This document shows positions 16,536 through 30,538 of a stretch of 64,000 bases of DNA, piece after piece (the first letter of the stretch is position 1; each line of letters opens with the position of its first letter). The position numbers and the translations under genes are program-made. Under the pieces are notes generated by a model, which saw nothing but the letters and a program-made list of their open reading frames with translations, was not told the origin of the DNA and did no database searches. Origin of the DNA: the human T2T-CHM13v2.0 reference genome, Homo sapiens. The stretch lies in NCBI RefSeq assembly GCF_009914755.1, contig NC_060940.1. One strand, 5' to 3'.

Positions 16536-19431
16536 ACGCAACTTGAGTTCAATGAGTTCCTGGTGTGCCCAGGTTCTAAAATACAGAAGGGTAACATGGT
16601 ATGAATTTGCACAACTTAGAGATACCAGGGACTGGTTGACTCTATTTCTGGTTTGATTTTCAATAGCAAAAGGCTGTTTTACACTAAAAGATCAGGTAAC
16701 CAGGCACAACAAGATGTGTTGCCAAAGAATCCCTTTGGCTCAAGAAAAAGAGGCTCTAGGTTGGCTGGAAAAGTCAGCACTGGGACGTAGCAGTGCTTGT
16801 CTGTGTCAACAAAGAACTGGGCCCTGCATAAAGGAGCAGGTGGGGGGTCACTCGAATCCAAGGCCCTTTGGCGAGTCCCATCTCCCCCTTCATTCATTCA
16901 GCAAAGTTGTACTGAGCACCTGCTGTAGCAAAGCACTGCAAAGGGAAGAGCCAAGCAGAAGTCAGGAGCCTCTCAGCATCTTGCAAGGGAGCCAGTGTTT
17001 AGTATCTGGCACCAGTGCTCACCTCCTTGTTGAAAGATAAGAAACACCTAGAGTGCAGATTACCAACCAACACAGACTTTCTCAATCAGAAGCATCAGGG
17101 AAGAGTCTGGAGTCTGTATATCGAGGTAAAATAGATGTAAGGAGTTCCTGAAATCATTGGTTCTGATCATTCCCCTGCCCCCGTGCTTTTCTGGTTGTTA
17201 CAGTGAAAGGACCGATTCCAGAGCTTCCTACTCTGCCGTTTTACATGATGTCACCCTTCTGGAGTCTGCATTTTTAATTTAGGCCTTGAATGTTCTTATT
17301 GCCTCAGGCTGGGAGTCTCAGGTGTAAAAGAAGCAATAACTGGGGAATCAGCTGTAATTTCAGATAAGGGACCACCTGGCTGATAAGTGCATTCACCCCG
17401 TCAACAAGCATTTATTGGGCATATGAAGGGTACAGAAGTAGAAAAAACAGACATGGTTCCTGCTCTCATGGGGCGTTTATGTTCTGGGGAGCAAATCACT
17501 TCATCAAACAATTTCCATATAAAACAAGAGTTTGAACTACTCTGCTTAAAGGTATGTTGGTGCCAAATATACATGATTTGAATAAACGTAATTCAAATAA
17601 ACATGATTCTAGAAAAGGAAATCAATCTCATTTTTTAAGAAAAACTCCAGCAAATGTTAAATTACCCAGGGACCAAAAGACGACCCCCGTTTGAAAGAAA
17701 GAGGGCACAGAGGTGAGTGGAGAGGCTGCCTTTGGAAACCACGGGGTAGGATCACCTGTACCCAGGAGTGGACTGTGGACATGGCACACCAGGACATGCT
17801 GCGATTCCTGGAGAAAAATCGAACTTAAAGGACCTTAAGCAGAAAAGAAAGTGAACTGAAGACTCACGTGAGAGGACGATCTGGAATGATGAGCGTCCCG
17901 CAGGCAGCGTTACGGAACCCCAGTGTAGTCACCAGGACCTCCTCCCTCTCCATTTTTTGGCTCTTCTTAACACATAGCTGGACCCAGCAGCCCAAACATC
18001 ATCAGCACTCGGTCCTCTCCTTCAGGTAGGAGGACCCTGAAGAGGAGCTGCACCAAGCGCCTGTCCTCCCCAGAGAAGCAATCCTAGCTGAAAGGGTTTC
18101 TCTAAACCTGCTCTGGGAGAAAGGCTGAAAGGATGACGCTGACTGGCCCATCGTGGCCCAATGACTGCGGCCGAAGGATGGAAGTCCTGTGAGTGGTCAG
18201 GCCTGCATGTGGAGGTCAGCCCCACGAAAGGGCTGGGAGGGACTTTTTGTCACCAAAAAGGAGCATGGGGTATCATTCTCTAAAGTGAGATATGCTGGTG
18301 AACAGCACACAACCTGGTGTGCCATCTCTAAGCAAGAGATGCTGGTGAAGATTTTAATAACATTGCTGGTGCTGGCTTCCAAGGCCAGCCAGCAGGGGCA
18401 CCAGTGGCCCTATAATGATGTCTAATTGGGTCAGAGCTGGGGCGTGGCATTCTGCAGGCAACTTCTACCCTTTGTAAGGCTGGGCGAACCGGAGATTTGG
18501 AAAGCAATACAAGGTAGAAGCAGCCCCAACAATCTACGACAAAGCAACACTTGCCTCTTTTATACACCATGTTAGATGGTTGAGGAAAATAAAACATTTT
18601 CTTGAAAAGAATCCCTAGGCCTATTCCCTAGGTTTGAGAAACACCACAGCATAGGTAATTTGGTGCCAGAATGAGTTATTTGACCCTCCACTAACTGTTA
18701 CTGCTTGTAATGTGGCACTGTCTGCCCCTGTCACCAGAAACGGCACTGAGGACATCCAAGAAGTATTTCCAACAGGCTTTCCAGACCGCTCTTCCCTTTT
18801 TGCAGGTGGGAGCAGTTTGGGCATTACCTTTAGGTTCCAATACAGGGCTCCTTGTTGCTCACACATCCTTCCTTCATTGCGACCCTCCATCAATCATATG
18901 GATAACCTCCCACACACTCCTCAGAAGCCATGGGTGAGGTAGCAGTGCTGGGTGGCTTCTGCCCAGACCTCTGAGAGCATCCCCAAGTGCACAAGTGTGA
19001 GCATAATTTTATTGTTAGGCAGGGTTGAGTGATTCAATCTAAGGTTGAGGCAAGGTGAGGGCAGCTGGGAACCCTAGAACTAATAGAATTTCTTAACTGC
19101 AGCGTCTCCTGACCATAGAAAGGAAGGGGAGCTCCCTTTCAGGAAATAGACTAAGTCTTTTAAAGTGGTGAGTTTTCAGCTGAGATGTGGAGGGAGCACA
19201 AATCACTTGGCCCACATTCCTTCCCCATTCCCTGACCTCCTTATAGCATTAATACTCCACCAGATCATATAGACAATGACTTCCCTTACTCACTAGACCT
19301 CATCTAATCTTGACTTAGTTACGACAGTTCTAGTGTAGGTTGGCTATTTTCCCCAGTCTCCAAAAGATTAGAAACAGTGAGTTATCTGTGTGCTAGAAAA
19401 GAGTGTTCATCCATAGCAGATGGGAAAACAG

Positions 19432-20500
19432 CATTCATTGGACAAATACTTATTGAACTCCTGCACTGTGCCGGGCATTAGGAGTACAGCTGTAAGCAAG
19501 ACAAAGTTCCCACCCTCATAGAGCTAACAGGCATTAAACAAATAACCGTACAAATGTTTACAGTTATGAGCAATGCTATAAAAGAAAGGCAGGAAGCTAT
19601 GACAGGCCTGTAGCATCATTTGTAGCAGGAGCACCAATCTTAAATTGCTGGGATCAGTGAAGGCCTCTAGAAAGAGACTTAACAAGAGACACGAAATAAA
19701 CATTATTCAGGCCAAAAGGAGGAGCAGGGAGCCTGAGAAGCTTGGAGCCCAGGAACCTAAAAAAGGTCAGTGTAATTGGGGCAGAGAAGGCAGAATAATG
19801 TGAGATGAAGTTAGAGAGACAGGCAAGGGGCCAGTTCAGACAAAGCCTCTTGATCACGTTAAAGATTCTCAACCTAAGGAAAGTTTTCAGCAGAGAAGTG
19901 ACAAAAGATTTGCACCTTTATAGAGTCTCTTGGCTAGGCATGTGGAGAATGGACTGAAGGAAGGAGGGTGTGGATATGGGTGGAAGAGCAAATGGGCTAC
20001 TAGTGGAATCTATGGGAGAGAAGGTACACCTATACCTTGGGCAGTTTTAAGGCATGATTACAAGTAAAAATCAACTGGCTTAAACATGGGTTAGGTGTGT
20101 CAAGTCTGGGAGAGGGCAGGGGTCAGGGATTATCCCAGATCTCTGGGATGGGAAATTCAGCAGGTAGTGGAGATATTTACTAAGGAAGGGAGCCCTGTAA
20201 GAATTTGGGGTGGGAGAGGATTATGAATTCCACTTTGGCTACACTGGCTGACAGGTGCATGTGGGACATCCATGTGGAGTTGCAGAAGTACTTAGATATG
20301 AGTCTGGAGCCCAGGAGTGGTCTGGAACTGTACATCTAGTAGTACATATTTGGGCTGGGAGATGAAAATGGAGGCCATGGGCTTAGGTGAGCTCACCTAG
20401 GGAGAAAGTATGGTATTAGAACAGGGCCAAGGAATGAGCACTGAGAAAATCTACCATTTCAAGCTGGAGTGGGAGACAGTAACAGAATTGGGGAGATATG
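19432..20500 (-). mobile_element. LINE-2 fragment
   Basis: cattcattggacaaatacttattgaactcc...tgtgccgggc (reverse L2 3' end) followed by typical purine-rich L2 body. Confidence 0.7.
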
Positions 20501-20510
20501 GAAGCAGGAA

Positions 20511-21260
20511 TGTGGTAGCCAGGTTCCACGTTGGCCTCCAATGACACCACCTCCTGGTATTCATATCCTTGTGTAGTCTCCTCCCACACTGAATACGGCT
20601 AACCTGTGTAAACACCCGAGACTGTGGAAACGACAGTGCATGGCTGTGGCTGTGAGTATAAAATCTTTTTAAGATCTCAGAAAGGCCTGATGTGGCACCC
20701 CAGAGAGCTGTTCAGACAGTAAGGCTTCTAAGAAGCACAGCGTATTGTCCCTTGGCAGTCTGAGCAGAAGCTCACAGTGGAGAACTTACCTCAGAGATTT
20801 GTGGGTGTGGCTTTTGTGAGTGAACTGCAATAAGACTCAGGTGACGCATTCAAAATAATGTTCCCAGTACCACTGCCAGCTTGAATGGAAAGGGATATAG
20901 TGCAAAATGTTAACACAGCCGTTGGGCCCCTAAAATCCTTCTGGCAAGAAGCAGGCAGAAAAAGCTTTGTAGCTGGAAATGTGGGCAACGTTTCATGGAA
21001 AAGGAAGGATGACTCACATCGGGCCAAGAGCTCAGCCTCCAAGATCGCCTTTGACCATCTCCCTCTTCTGGTATAATACGGAAATACCTTTGTGTATTTC
21101 CTTCCCCTACTGAATAGGATTGACCTGCATAACCAATATACTGTGGAATGACACTGTGACATTTGAGGCCAAGTCATAAAGGACAATGCAGCTTCCACCC
21201 TGCTGTCTTGGATGACCTGCTCTGGGGATGAGGATATTCAAGCAGTTCTAGAACAATACA
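20511..21260 (+). mobile_element. Two MLT1F-like MaLR LTR 5' fragments
   Basis: tgtggtagccagg...cctcctggtattc...ctcccacactgaat at 20511 and cagcctccaagatcgcc...ggtat...ctgaataggattg at ~21033. Confidence 0.55.
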
Positions 21261-22827
21261 TGGCAGGTGCTCATATGCGTTAACCCCAGGCTAATGCAAA
21301 AGCTTCTTTATGACAGAAAAGACTCCAAACACGTTTTCCTAAAAACAATCACTACCATCACCTCATACTGATGTTGCAATTTATATTAGAAGTACTTTCA
21401 CCACATCTTGCTTTATGCTCCCAGTGAACCCTATGGGGTGGGTGGGTTTATACAAAGGGCAAATGCAGTCAGTCCCAGCTCCCAAGTGAGGAAGCTAAGT
21501 TCTAAAGGGCTTCTGTTCCTTGGTTAAGGCCACACACGATATTCACGGTGTTGGTATTATGACATCAAGTTCAGAGCTTTTCTGAAAATATCCAGGCAGC
21601 ATTCCACAGGGATTGCTCATCTATTTGTATTTTACAGATACTCTCAAGACTAACTCTAGCAGAACTTTCCACAGTAATGTATCCCCCTTGTAATGTTCCC
21701 ATACTATCCTTTCTGTAGCTGGAGCCATGGACAGACATGGACTCTGTCTTCTTTCCACTTGGGTTCCTATGCAACAGTGTAACTGGATCATCTGTAACAG
21801 TTTGTGGGTGGCCAGACAGTGCTGCCATTGTTCAATACATTCCTCATTGGAAGCTGTCTTCAGAGAGCCAATCTTCTTCCCAGTAAGAAAACCCATCTAT
21901 GAGTTTAGAGCTCTGCTTCATTTTTAAACTAAAAATGGCATCAGCTTGATTGACTCCCTTAATCATCAGATTTTTAGTTGCTTCATTGTGGCCTTCTTAG
22001 AGGCCTAAACTTTACAAATAGAGTATATCCAAATACACTTGTTGCAGGCTCTGAGGGCACACCCAAAGACATTGCAGAAAGTCCAGTAGCAATAGCCCTC
22101 TAAAGAGAACACTGAGGAAGAAAGCCCTCATAAGGAATGTACCATGACAATTCTGATAAAAAGAATGGCTATGTGTGTTGAGGAGCGCTTTGTATGCTTG
22201 AATTTAATCCTCAAAAGAATCCTATGAGGTAGAATAAAGGCCTAAACATCAAACATTACCATGTGTTCACATAGGCATAATGCCCTGATATCATAAAGGG
22301 CAAAAGTTAACACCTAAAACGTACCCTGTGAATAGCTAATGCCTCTCCAGCAATAGCCACCATCCCCTCGAGGATTGCTCTGTTAGGGATCTGGGCCAAT
22401 TTGGTGTTTTTCACACGCATTCAAGCCTGATAGTGTTTCGCCATTCCCACATCAGTCAGAGGTTTTAGGTAGATGCAGACTGCATAAAATGGAAATAAGT
22501 ATATCTTGCCCTCTCAGAAATTCAAGATGGGCATCTCCAACTCAACTAAGCCTACTTCTATGGCTCCAAACTGACTTCTATTGTACCCACCTAAAACAGA
22601 AGCACATAACAAATCAAATTTCAAACTAATCTCTGCTTCTGCTTTTTCATTCCCATCTGGATTAGTGCAAGGAAATAAGACATAAAGATTCAATCCAAGA
22701 ACCTATTCTTAAGTAGCAATTTGAAGAGCCAATGTTTGGCACCAGATATCACTGTACACATTTTAAAACCCATGTTTCTTGAGAACCATCTCAGCCAACT
22801 GTGATCACCTTATTTCTGGCCCCTCCT

Positions 22828-23941
22828 TCACAGTGACAGAATCACAGAAGAAGGCAGCCACATGAGAACTGCTATAATCAGGAGGAAGACCAATAGCCCA
22901 TCCCAAACAAAACACTCCGAGTCACGACTTCCAGAACTTCTGCCATGACCATGGGCTTTAAACCATTCCACTGCTTCCTGGAGGTCAAATGGCTGAGCCT
23001 TATAACCTAGCTCTTTCTTGGCTTTCTCTAAGCTAAAATAATGTGTGACACCAGTTTTGTAAACTTCAGTGCGAGTGAGGAAGGGCTGGAAGTTGTAGAG
23101 TCGACCCAAAATGAAGTGAACCATCTCTGTTAGAAAAGCAAAGCAGTAGACCAAGGTCAATGGCAGGCGGGTAGACGGGAATGTGTAGCCCAGGCCCTCA
23201 ACCAGAGGCCGGAAGAACTCAAAGTTGTTCACGGGTCTGCCATCTGAGATGAAGTAGGGCTGCCCAGAGGCAATATGGCCCTTGTCAGCTCTCAGGGCTT
23301 CTGAGGCCAGAATGTGAGCCTGCACCAAGTTATCCACGTGGACAAACTCAACCAGGCTCCTGGGGTCCCCGTAGACAAACTTGAACAGACCCTTCTCGAT
23401 GTAGCTGACTATCCTGGGAAGGTGTCTTTGTTCTCCAGGCCCATAGATGCCAGCTGGCCTCAGAGCGCAGGTTCTTAAGACACCGTCGCCTCTGTCCAGG
23501 GGTGTAGCATTCGCCTCCAGCACCTTCTGCTCTGCAATTGACTTTGTCCGAGAGTAGTGATCAGGGTGGAGGTGAAGAGGCAGGTAGGGCAGAGATTCAT
23601 CCCCATTTCTGATAACTTGACCTCCAAAGATGACATTGAAAGTGCTGGTGTAAACTAACCTGGGCACCCTTCTCCTTTGGCAAACCTGGAGGATGTTGTC
23701 TGTGCCCCTGACGTTGACTTCTTTGATCAGGTTTCGATTGAGTTGCTCCCGCCCTGACATACCATAAGAGGCAATATGGAACACACAAGTGACGTCTGCA
23801 TCCTGGAAGGCTTTCTCTACGTCAGACAGGTGGCGGATGTCTCCTTGTATAAACTTGATTCCTTCTGGAATGGTTTGAGCAGGGCTGCTGATGTCAAACA
23901 GAATCACATGGACTCCATTTTGGTTCAGGGCACAGCCCAGG
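22828..23941 (-). CDS. SDR42E1: SDR42E1 terminal coding exon (aa 23-393): extended short-chain dehydrogenase/reductase, 3-beta-HSD/NSDHL-like
   Basis: Open frame ...LGCALNQNGVHVILFD...VFHIAS...YTST...YSRTK (YxxxK)...LRPAGIYGPGE..., C-terminal hydrophobic LLVFLLIIAVLMWL; acceptor ttcttatttcag ending at 23942; 68+1114 nt = 393 aa plus stop. Confidence 0.97.
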
Positions 23942-24507
23942 CTGAAATAAGAAACAGTAAACGTTGAATCAAGTCACTCTTAAGCTGTGCCTAGGGGAAG
24001 TGTATAAAGTAATTTACCAATCAAGGTGGGGCTGATCCAAGTCTTCTTGGCTCATCCTGAGCCCCTCACTATGCATGTTCCTTGGTGCAAGCCTCGCTTC
24101 TTCAAATTTTCAAAAGTGAGAATCCTCTCATCTACTTAAATTACAAAGAGAGAGGCCTTATCTTCAAAGAATGGTGGCATTTTTCCCCCTTGGTTCTAGG
24201 GCCCACTATCTATTCTTTGGAATATTTGTGAATAATAAGATAACTGTGAAAGAACAGCTATGATTTAAAATTGTTTTTGGTGATGTGAATAGTCACCCCT
24301 CCCAATTTAATGGCTTTATAAATAATTTTTCTTTAAGTGAAATATACCTGTAGTTCTCAGCTGCAATGTCTGAGCAGTGGGCAACACAGATCATTTCTGG
24401 TTTGACATTACACAAACAAGTAAAAGTCTGCTCTGCTGTCAGAGTTGAATGCTTCTGGCAACTACCAGTAAAATAATTCCATGTGTATATTTTATAGATA
24501 CACTTAC

Positions 24508-24575
24508 CGAAAACCAAAATAGCCACTTCCTCCTGTAATGAGGACACTTTCCTTTTGAGATCTTTTGGGGTCCAT
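24508..24575 (-). CDS. SDR42E1: SDR42E1 first coding exon (exon 2 spans 24508-24601)
   Basis: MDPKRSQKESVLITGGSGYFGF(R) with TGxxGxxG Rossmann motif; donor cg|gtaagtg; acceptor ttctttcttcag at 24602; phase matches the next exon. Confidence 0.96.
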
Positions 24576-25337
24576 ATGTGGCAGTCAAAAGATAACTGGA
24601 CCTGAAGAAAGAAGTATGCATCACTGTTACTGATCCAAATGCAAACGTCATTCTCCCTAATTTTGACCTAACAAAAACAAAAAGTCAATACGCTGTAGTA
24701 GAATGAAAAGGTGAGGTCTGGGTCTGGTCACAGCTGTGTCATTTAGCTACTTTCCCTTCAGTTCCTGGGCTTCAAATTTCACCCGATGTAACATGGGGAC
24801 AGTAATACCTGCTCTGCCCACCTGAAAAGGTTAATGTGGAGGTTAAATAAGAGAATGTACTTGGCAGTGCTTTGAGAGCCACAAAAAACGTTTCGAACAT
24901 AAGGCATTATTGTAAATTCTTGAAAATGATTAGAGCCTTTTTGAAAATAATTGATTCAAATTTGGTAGGAAGAGGCATTTCCCCCCCATGCATCAGAAAA
25001 TTAGAGAGCACTCTAAAGGAAGCTCCCAACATCTTTTCTTTAAAATTTCGCACTGCAGCATGGTTTAATACTGCTTTATTAACCCTATACTTAAAAAATA
25101 TGTATATGGGGAAAAACTCCTTTATGTAGCAAACCATGCCCCACCTCCCCCACCGCAAATCTTGCAAGTACTTAAAGTACAAGTGCTCAGTGCCTTTGGG
25201 GATCCCACTTCTCTCTCCCTCTTCTTCTGTGGCCCTCCCCGCATTTCTTTCAAGGCTCCAAGGCCCCCTTCTCCCAAAAACAAAACTAAATAAGCAAAAA
25301 TGAAGACACCCAACTCCTTCCATGTGGGAGGGAGAGA

Positions 25338-25725
<388 letters not shown>

Positions 25726-26159
25726 TCAACAGAGACACTCAGAGGTGTGGTTAGGCATGAAGACTGCAAGCAATCAAGAGCCCTACCATTTCTCTTTCCC
25801 AGCCAGGCACCCACGACTGCAGCCACTGCACCACAAAAGTAGACTTCAACATGGAAGAGTGTGGAGACAGGAGGGAAGCGGGAGCAGCAGAGGTTAGGGC
25901 TATGCAGGATGAAGAGCTTGTATGGCAGAGAGGCTATGAGTGTGAAGTCAGTGTACATGCACAAAGAAAGAAAAAATATGGGGGACAGGAATACACAGTG
26001 AAGACGTCTCGCCTCCGCCCTTAAATGGTTATGTGATCTTGGCCAAGACATTTCTCTAGATTTCACTTTTCTCTTCTGTCTGGTTGTGTGTTGTGCTATG
26101 TTACAGGAATGCTAAAGTTTCTAAAAAGGCAGCATGGTACAGTGGAAATAATAACAACA

Positions 26160-26590
26160 AACACATACCTAGTGCTTACTACTAGGGCCAGGCAGCATGC
26201 TAAGTGCTTTATGTGTATGTTAGCCATTTAATCCTTTTAATAATCTTACTAGGAAAGTACTATTAGATCCTGTTTTTCAGCTGAGAATTACCACAGAGAC
26301 AGTAAATAAACTTGCCCAAGCTTACCTGGATTCACACCCGATGGCAGTTTGGCCCCAGGAGCCCGCACTCTTAACCACTAAAACACAGTCTTAAATGAAA
26401 AGAGAATGGACTTTGGGGTCCACTTACCAGTTGTGTGATTTTGGACTGTGTGTTTACCACATGTGTTAAACACTCTGAACCTGCTGCTTCATCTAAAAGT
26501 GGAGCTGATAATAAGCCTGCCTGAAGACTGCATGGGATAATGTGCAAAAAATGTCCAACAAAACACCTGACACCGTATGGGCACTCCACA
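26160..26590. mobile_element. MIR fragments
   Basis: ctaagtgctttatg...atttaatcct...cttgcccaag; gtgtgattttgg...catctaaaagtggagctgataata. Confidence 0.55.
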
Positions 26591-28221
26591 GATGTCATTC
26601 CTTGAGCTGCCCTTTTTTCACACTCCAGAGTTTAGAGATCCAACTATTTTATTACATTTCCACATGACATGACTACATCTCTCAAAAGCACAGGGTTACA
26701 AAGAGTTTTGTAAGTTCTTCTGAATACCTGTGTGAGTGTATTAAGACTGCCAATGAAGCGAATCAGATCACTTATGCAGAGTCAGTCAGTGTGACAAGTG
26801 AAGACAAGGTTCAGCAAGTGACTGTCTCAGTGGTTTGAGGGTATGGAGAAGAGTGAGAAATACTAGGGAAACTGAGCAAAATGGGGCAGAGGATGGCTGA
26901 TGAGTTCCCAAGGTTCCATTAAGCAACTGCCACGGTTGTGCTTTCAAGAAAATTCATGAAGAATGAATGTGCCAGCACTCCCTCAATGCACCTAACAGTG
27001 ACCTTGTGATTCTATTGTTTTCTGAGTGCAGAACACTCCCATTTGGATTTAGAGTAGCCATAAAACCAAATGCAGTCAATTCTGTTCTTTAGTGTACTCA
27101 CAACCCTTCATGATGAATGCTATTTCCCAACACAGTAGACATCAGTTACTGATATATCAATACAGACTTCCCACGTTCACCTCCATGACCTGGTCACAAT
27201 TTCCCACTCTTCTGCTACTGGCACTCCGTGCTCCAACCGTACAGACTTTCCTTATCTTGAAGATGCTGAGCCCATTAGTGCCTCCTGTTCTCACTTCAGT
27301 GTGACACATCGTATACTAGGTCCTTTTCTGGAAGCTTCTTTCTCAATATTTAGGTCTGCTGACAAGTCTTCAGAGAGACTTCTCTGATCACCCTAGCTAA
27401 CACAGATGCCTGTACCCTAAATGTTGCTTTGTTTTCTCTATGGAACATTTTGCTATCTATCTAAAACTATTTACTTTTTATTATTGATCTCCTTCCCACA
27501 GAATGTTAAGTTCTATGAGAACTGAGGTCTTCTGCCTTCTGGGGTGTCCCTACTAGAATCCAGAACATAGTAGATGCTCAATAAATATTTGTTGAATCTA
27601 TGGATTATTCTGAACACCCTAAAATATATCCAATTCAGTAAAATTGTGATGGGCACAAATTACCCAGGGCTCTGCAGTGTCTAAGAGCTGCTGTTCTGCA
27701 AGACATTAATACTGCCATTTTAACAATAACATGTCTCCTAAAAAGTGCCGGGTTATGAAATGAAAGATACAAACCCAAACGAGACAGAGGTCCTGCTTTC
27801 CAGAGCTTACAAATAAGAAAGAGGCTTCTACAGATACCAAAAGGAAAAGGCAAAAAAGATGAAAATAACGCTACTGTTATAATGTTGGTATAAACAAAGT
27901 GTGGTGGGAAACCAAGGTGAGGGGTGGGGAGACTGATTCTGACAGGGCACATCAGGAAGAGATCATGGGAGAGTGAGCTTTAGCACTACAGGGCCCATGG
28001 GAGGATCTAGGTAGGCTGAAAGGAGGGTTATCACAGGTGGGGGTGCACCACGAATAAATGGATCACATGCAGGGAAGGCTGTGCTGGGCAGCTAACATGG
28101 TGAGTCCGCCATGGCTGGTGTGCAAACTGAAGCATGGAGCTGATGCTTGAGGGTGAAAAGACAGCCTGGGGTGAGCCTGGAGACAGGCTTCTGTCCCCTT
28201 CCATAAAGTTTGAATCCCATT

Positions 28222-28386
28222 CTTTTTTTCTCTTTGAGACAAGGTCTCACTCTGTTGCCCAGGCTATAGTGCAGAGGTGTGACCACGGCTCACTGCAACC
28301 TTGATTTCCTGGCCTCAAGCGATCCTCCTACCTCAGCATCCTGAGTAGCTGGGACTACAGGCGTGTGCCATGATGCCTGGCTAATT
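28222..28386 (-). mobile_element. Alu monomer (FLAM/AluJ arm)
   Basis: tttgagacaaggtctcactctg...cctggctaatt. Confidence 0.85.
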
Positions 28387-30139
28387 GAATTCCACTCTGC
28401 AGACAACACAAGCCTTTGTAGGTTTACAGCAATGAACCGTTGGGGCCACCTTGGTACTTGTGAAAGAGAAGGCTTCCCCTGGAGGAGGAAATGGGCCAGG
28501 GTCCAGGTAAGGGAGATGTGGCTCTAGACTAGCGGGTTACCAGTGAGGACAAAAGGCCAGTGTGCTCAGGTGAAATCAGGGTGAGGGCTGGTGAACAACT
28601 GCAGGAGGTGGCAGCGTGCTGCACCCAGGTGATGTTTTGAGGAAGATGATGTCATTAATTGAAACAGTAAGTTTTGGAAATGTTCTTGTCTGGTTGAAAG
28701 TTTTGACAAACAGGATGTCAGATAACAATTTAAGATCTTCTTAATATCTCTGTAAGAATTCCACCATAAGGAATTCTGAAAATGGACAAGGCCTTCAAAA
28801 GCCCAATTAAAACATTCCAACGGAAATACCTATCTTTAATTAGTCTTTGGTTTTAAAATTACACATTCCAGTCCAGTCACAAGACCATAGGTCAATCATG
28901 GTTCATGTGCACATTAATCAAGTAAGGAACATACAACTTCGGATTATTAATGCTTCAGAAACCTGCCAGGCCTAGTGATGCTACTCCATTACCTTCCAAC
29001 TAGTTTCAGAATGATCTGAGGCAAAAACTTGTATAACTGACCTGATCGGGGGGGTCAGAAGAGAAAGATAAGAAAAATTAATAACTTAACAAGATAAACA
29101 GCAAGGAAAAAGCTTATCCACCAGGCCAGTAAAGCCTTCACAGGATGGTAGCCATCTGCTGCACTGCTGGGAGCCGCCTCCTCCCTTCCTGATCCCCAAC
29201 ATTGATAAGCACAGAAAAATCTCAGCAAACGCATTTTGCAGACCTGCCCCCACCCAAAATTCACATGAATCCTAAGCCAGAAGGGAGAAAAGAGAATATA
29301 CAGTTGTTCTTCAACCAGCTGCCTGATTTTCATCTACTCTGTGGCTTCTGTTTTATTAATTAGTTTCTATCTGATTCCTTCTAGGGCTGGGCACTCAGAC
29401 CTGCCTTTATAATGGCAAGTGCTTGAAGGTCCTTCCAAAATGTGGCTTTGTTCAGTAATTGCTCTCCCCTGGTGGGGAGGGCTACATCCGACCTGAGCAG
29501 TCATTTTAGTGGATACAGGTTAAAGTTAAGCACATGATCAAGAAACAACAAAAAAAACCTTAATTACAAACAGTAAAAAAAAATTAAATTTAAAAATCCA
29601 CCTGACCTCTTGAGAATACTAAGGTAAAGCGAGGGTAATAAAGTTGACATCTCAAGGGAAGTTATGAGAAAAAACTAATAAAAGATGACTGGGAGTACTT
29701 TACATTTTAAAAGACCTAATTAAATGCTAAAGATCAGAAATAAGAACCTTTGATTACGCACACCGTTCCTTCATCCCTATGAGTTCAAGATGACTGTGCT
29801 ACTTGCCCTCTGGTATCATAATGCAATATAGAAATATGGGTGTCATTAGCATTTCACCAATAGAAAGTATGGAACAGCGGGAATTTAAGACTGTTACCAT
29901 AAAAATAAAAAAACTGTATTTACTTTAAGAGAGAGAAAAAATATCTCCAAGTACTATAACCCCATGATTACGTGTTTTAAATCACTGTACAAGTGCTGAC
30001 CAGAGGTAAAAGGTAACTGTATTCTTATTATATTGAGATCTGGCAAATATATTCATGCTAGAGGGCTTACGAAATGGTGCTGTTCAAATTCCATGCATGA
30101 TCTGAAAATTATCTACTTGTGTTTAATACAAGGAAGTCA

Positions 30140-30538
<399 letters not shown>

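Noticed and set aside
22828-23907. ORF-track start at 23907 as the SDR42E1 start
   Set aside because: It is an internal GTG (Val35); the true ATG is at 24575 in the upstream exon, which supplies the Rossmann motif
29461-29482. CTCF-like / dyad sequence gctctcccctggtggggagggc
   Set aside because: Imperfect match to the CTCF core; not supportable without ChIP data
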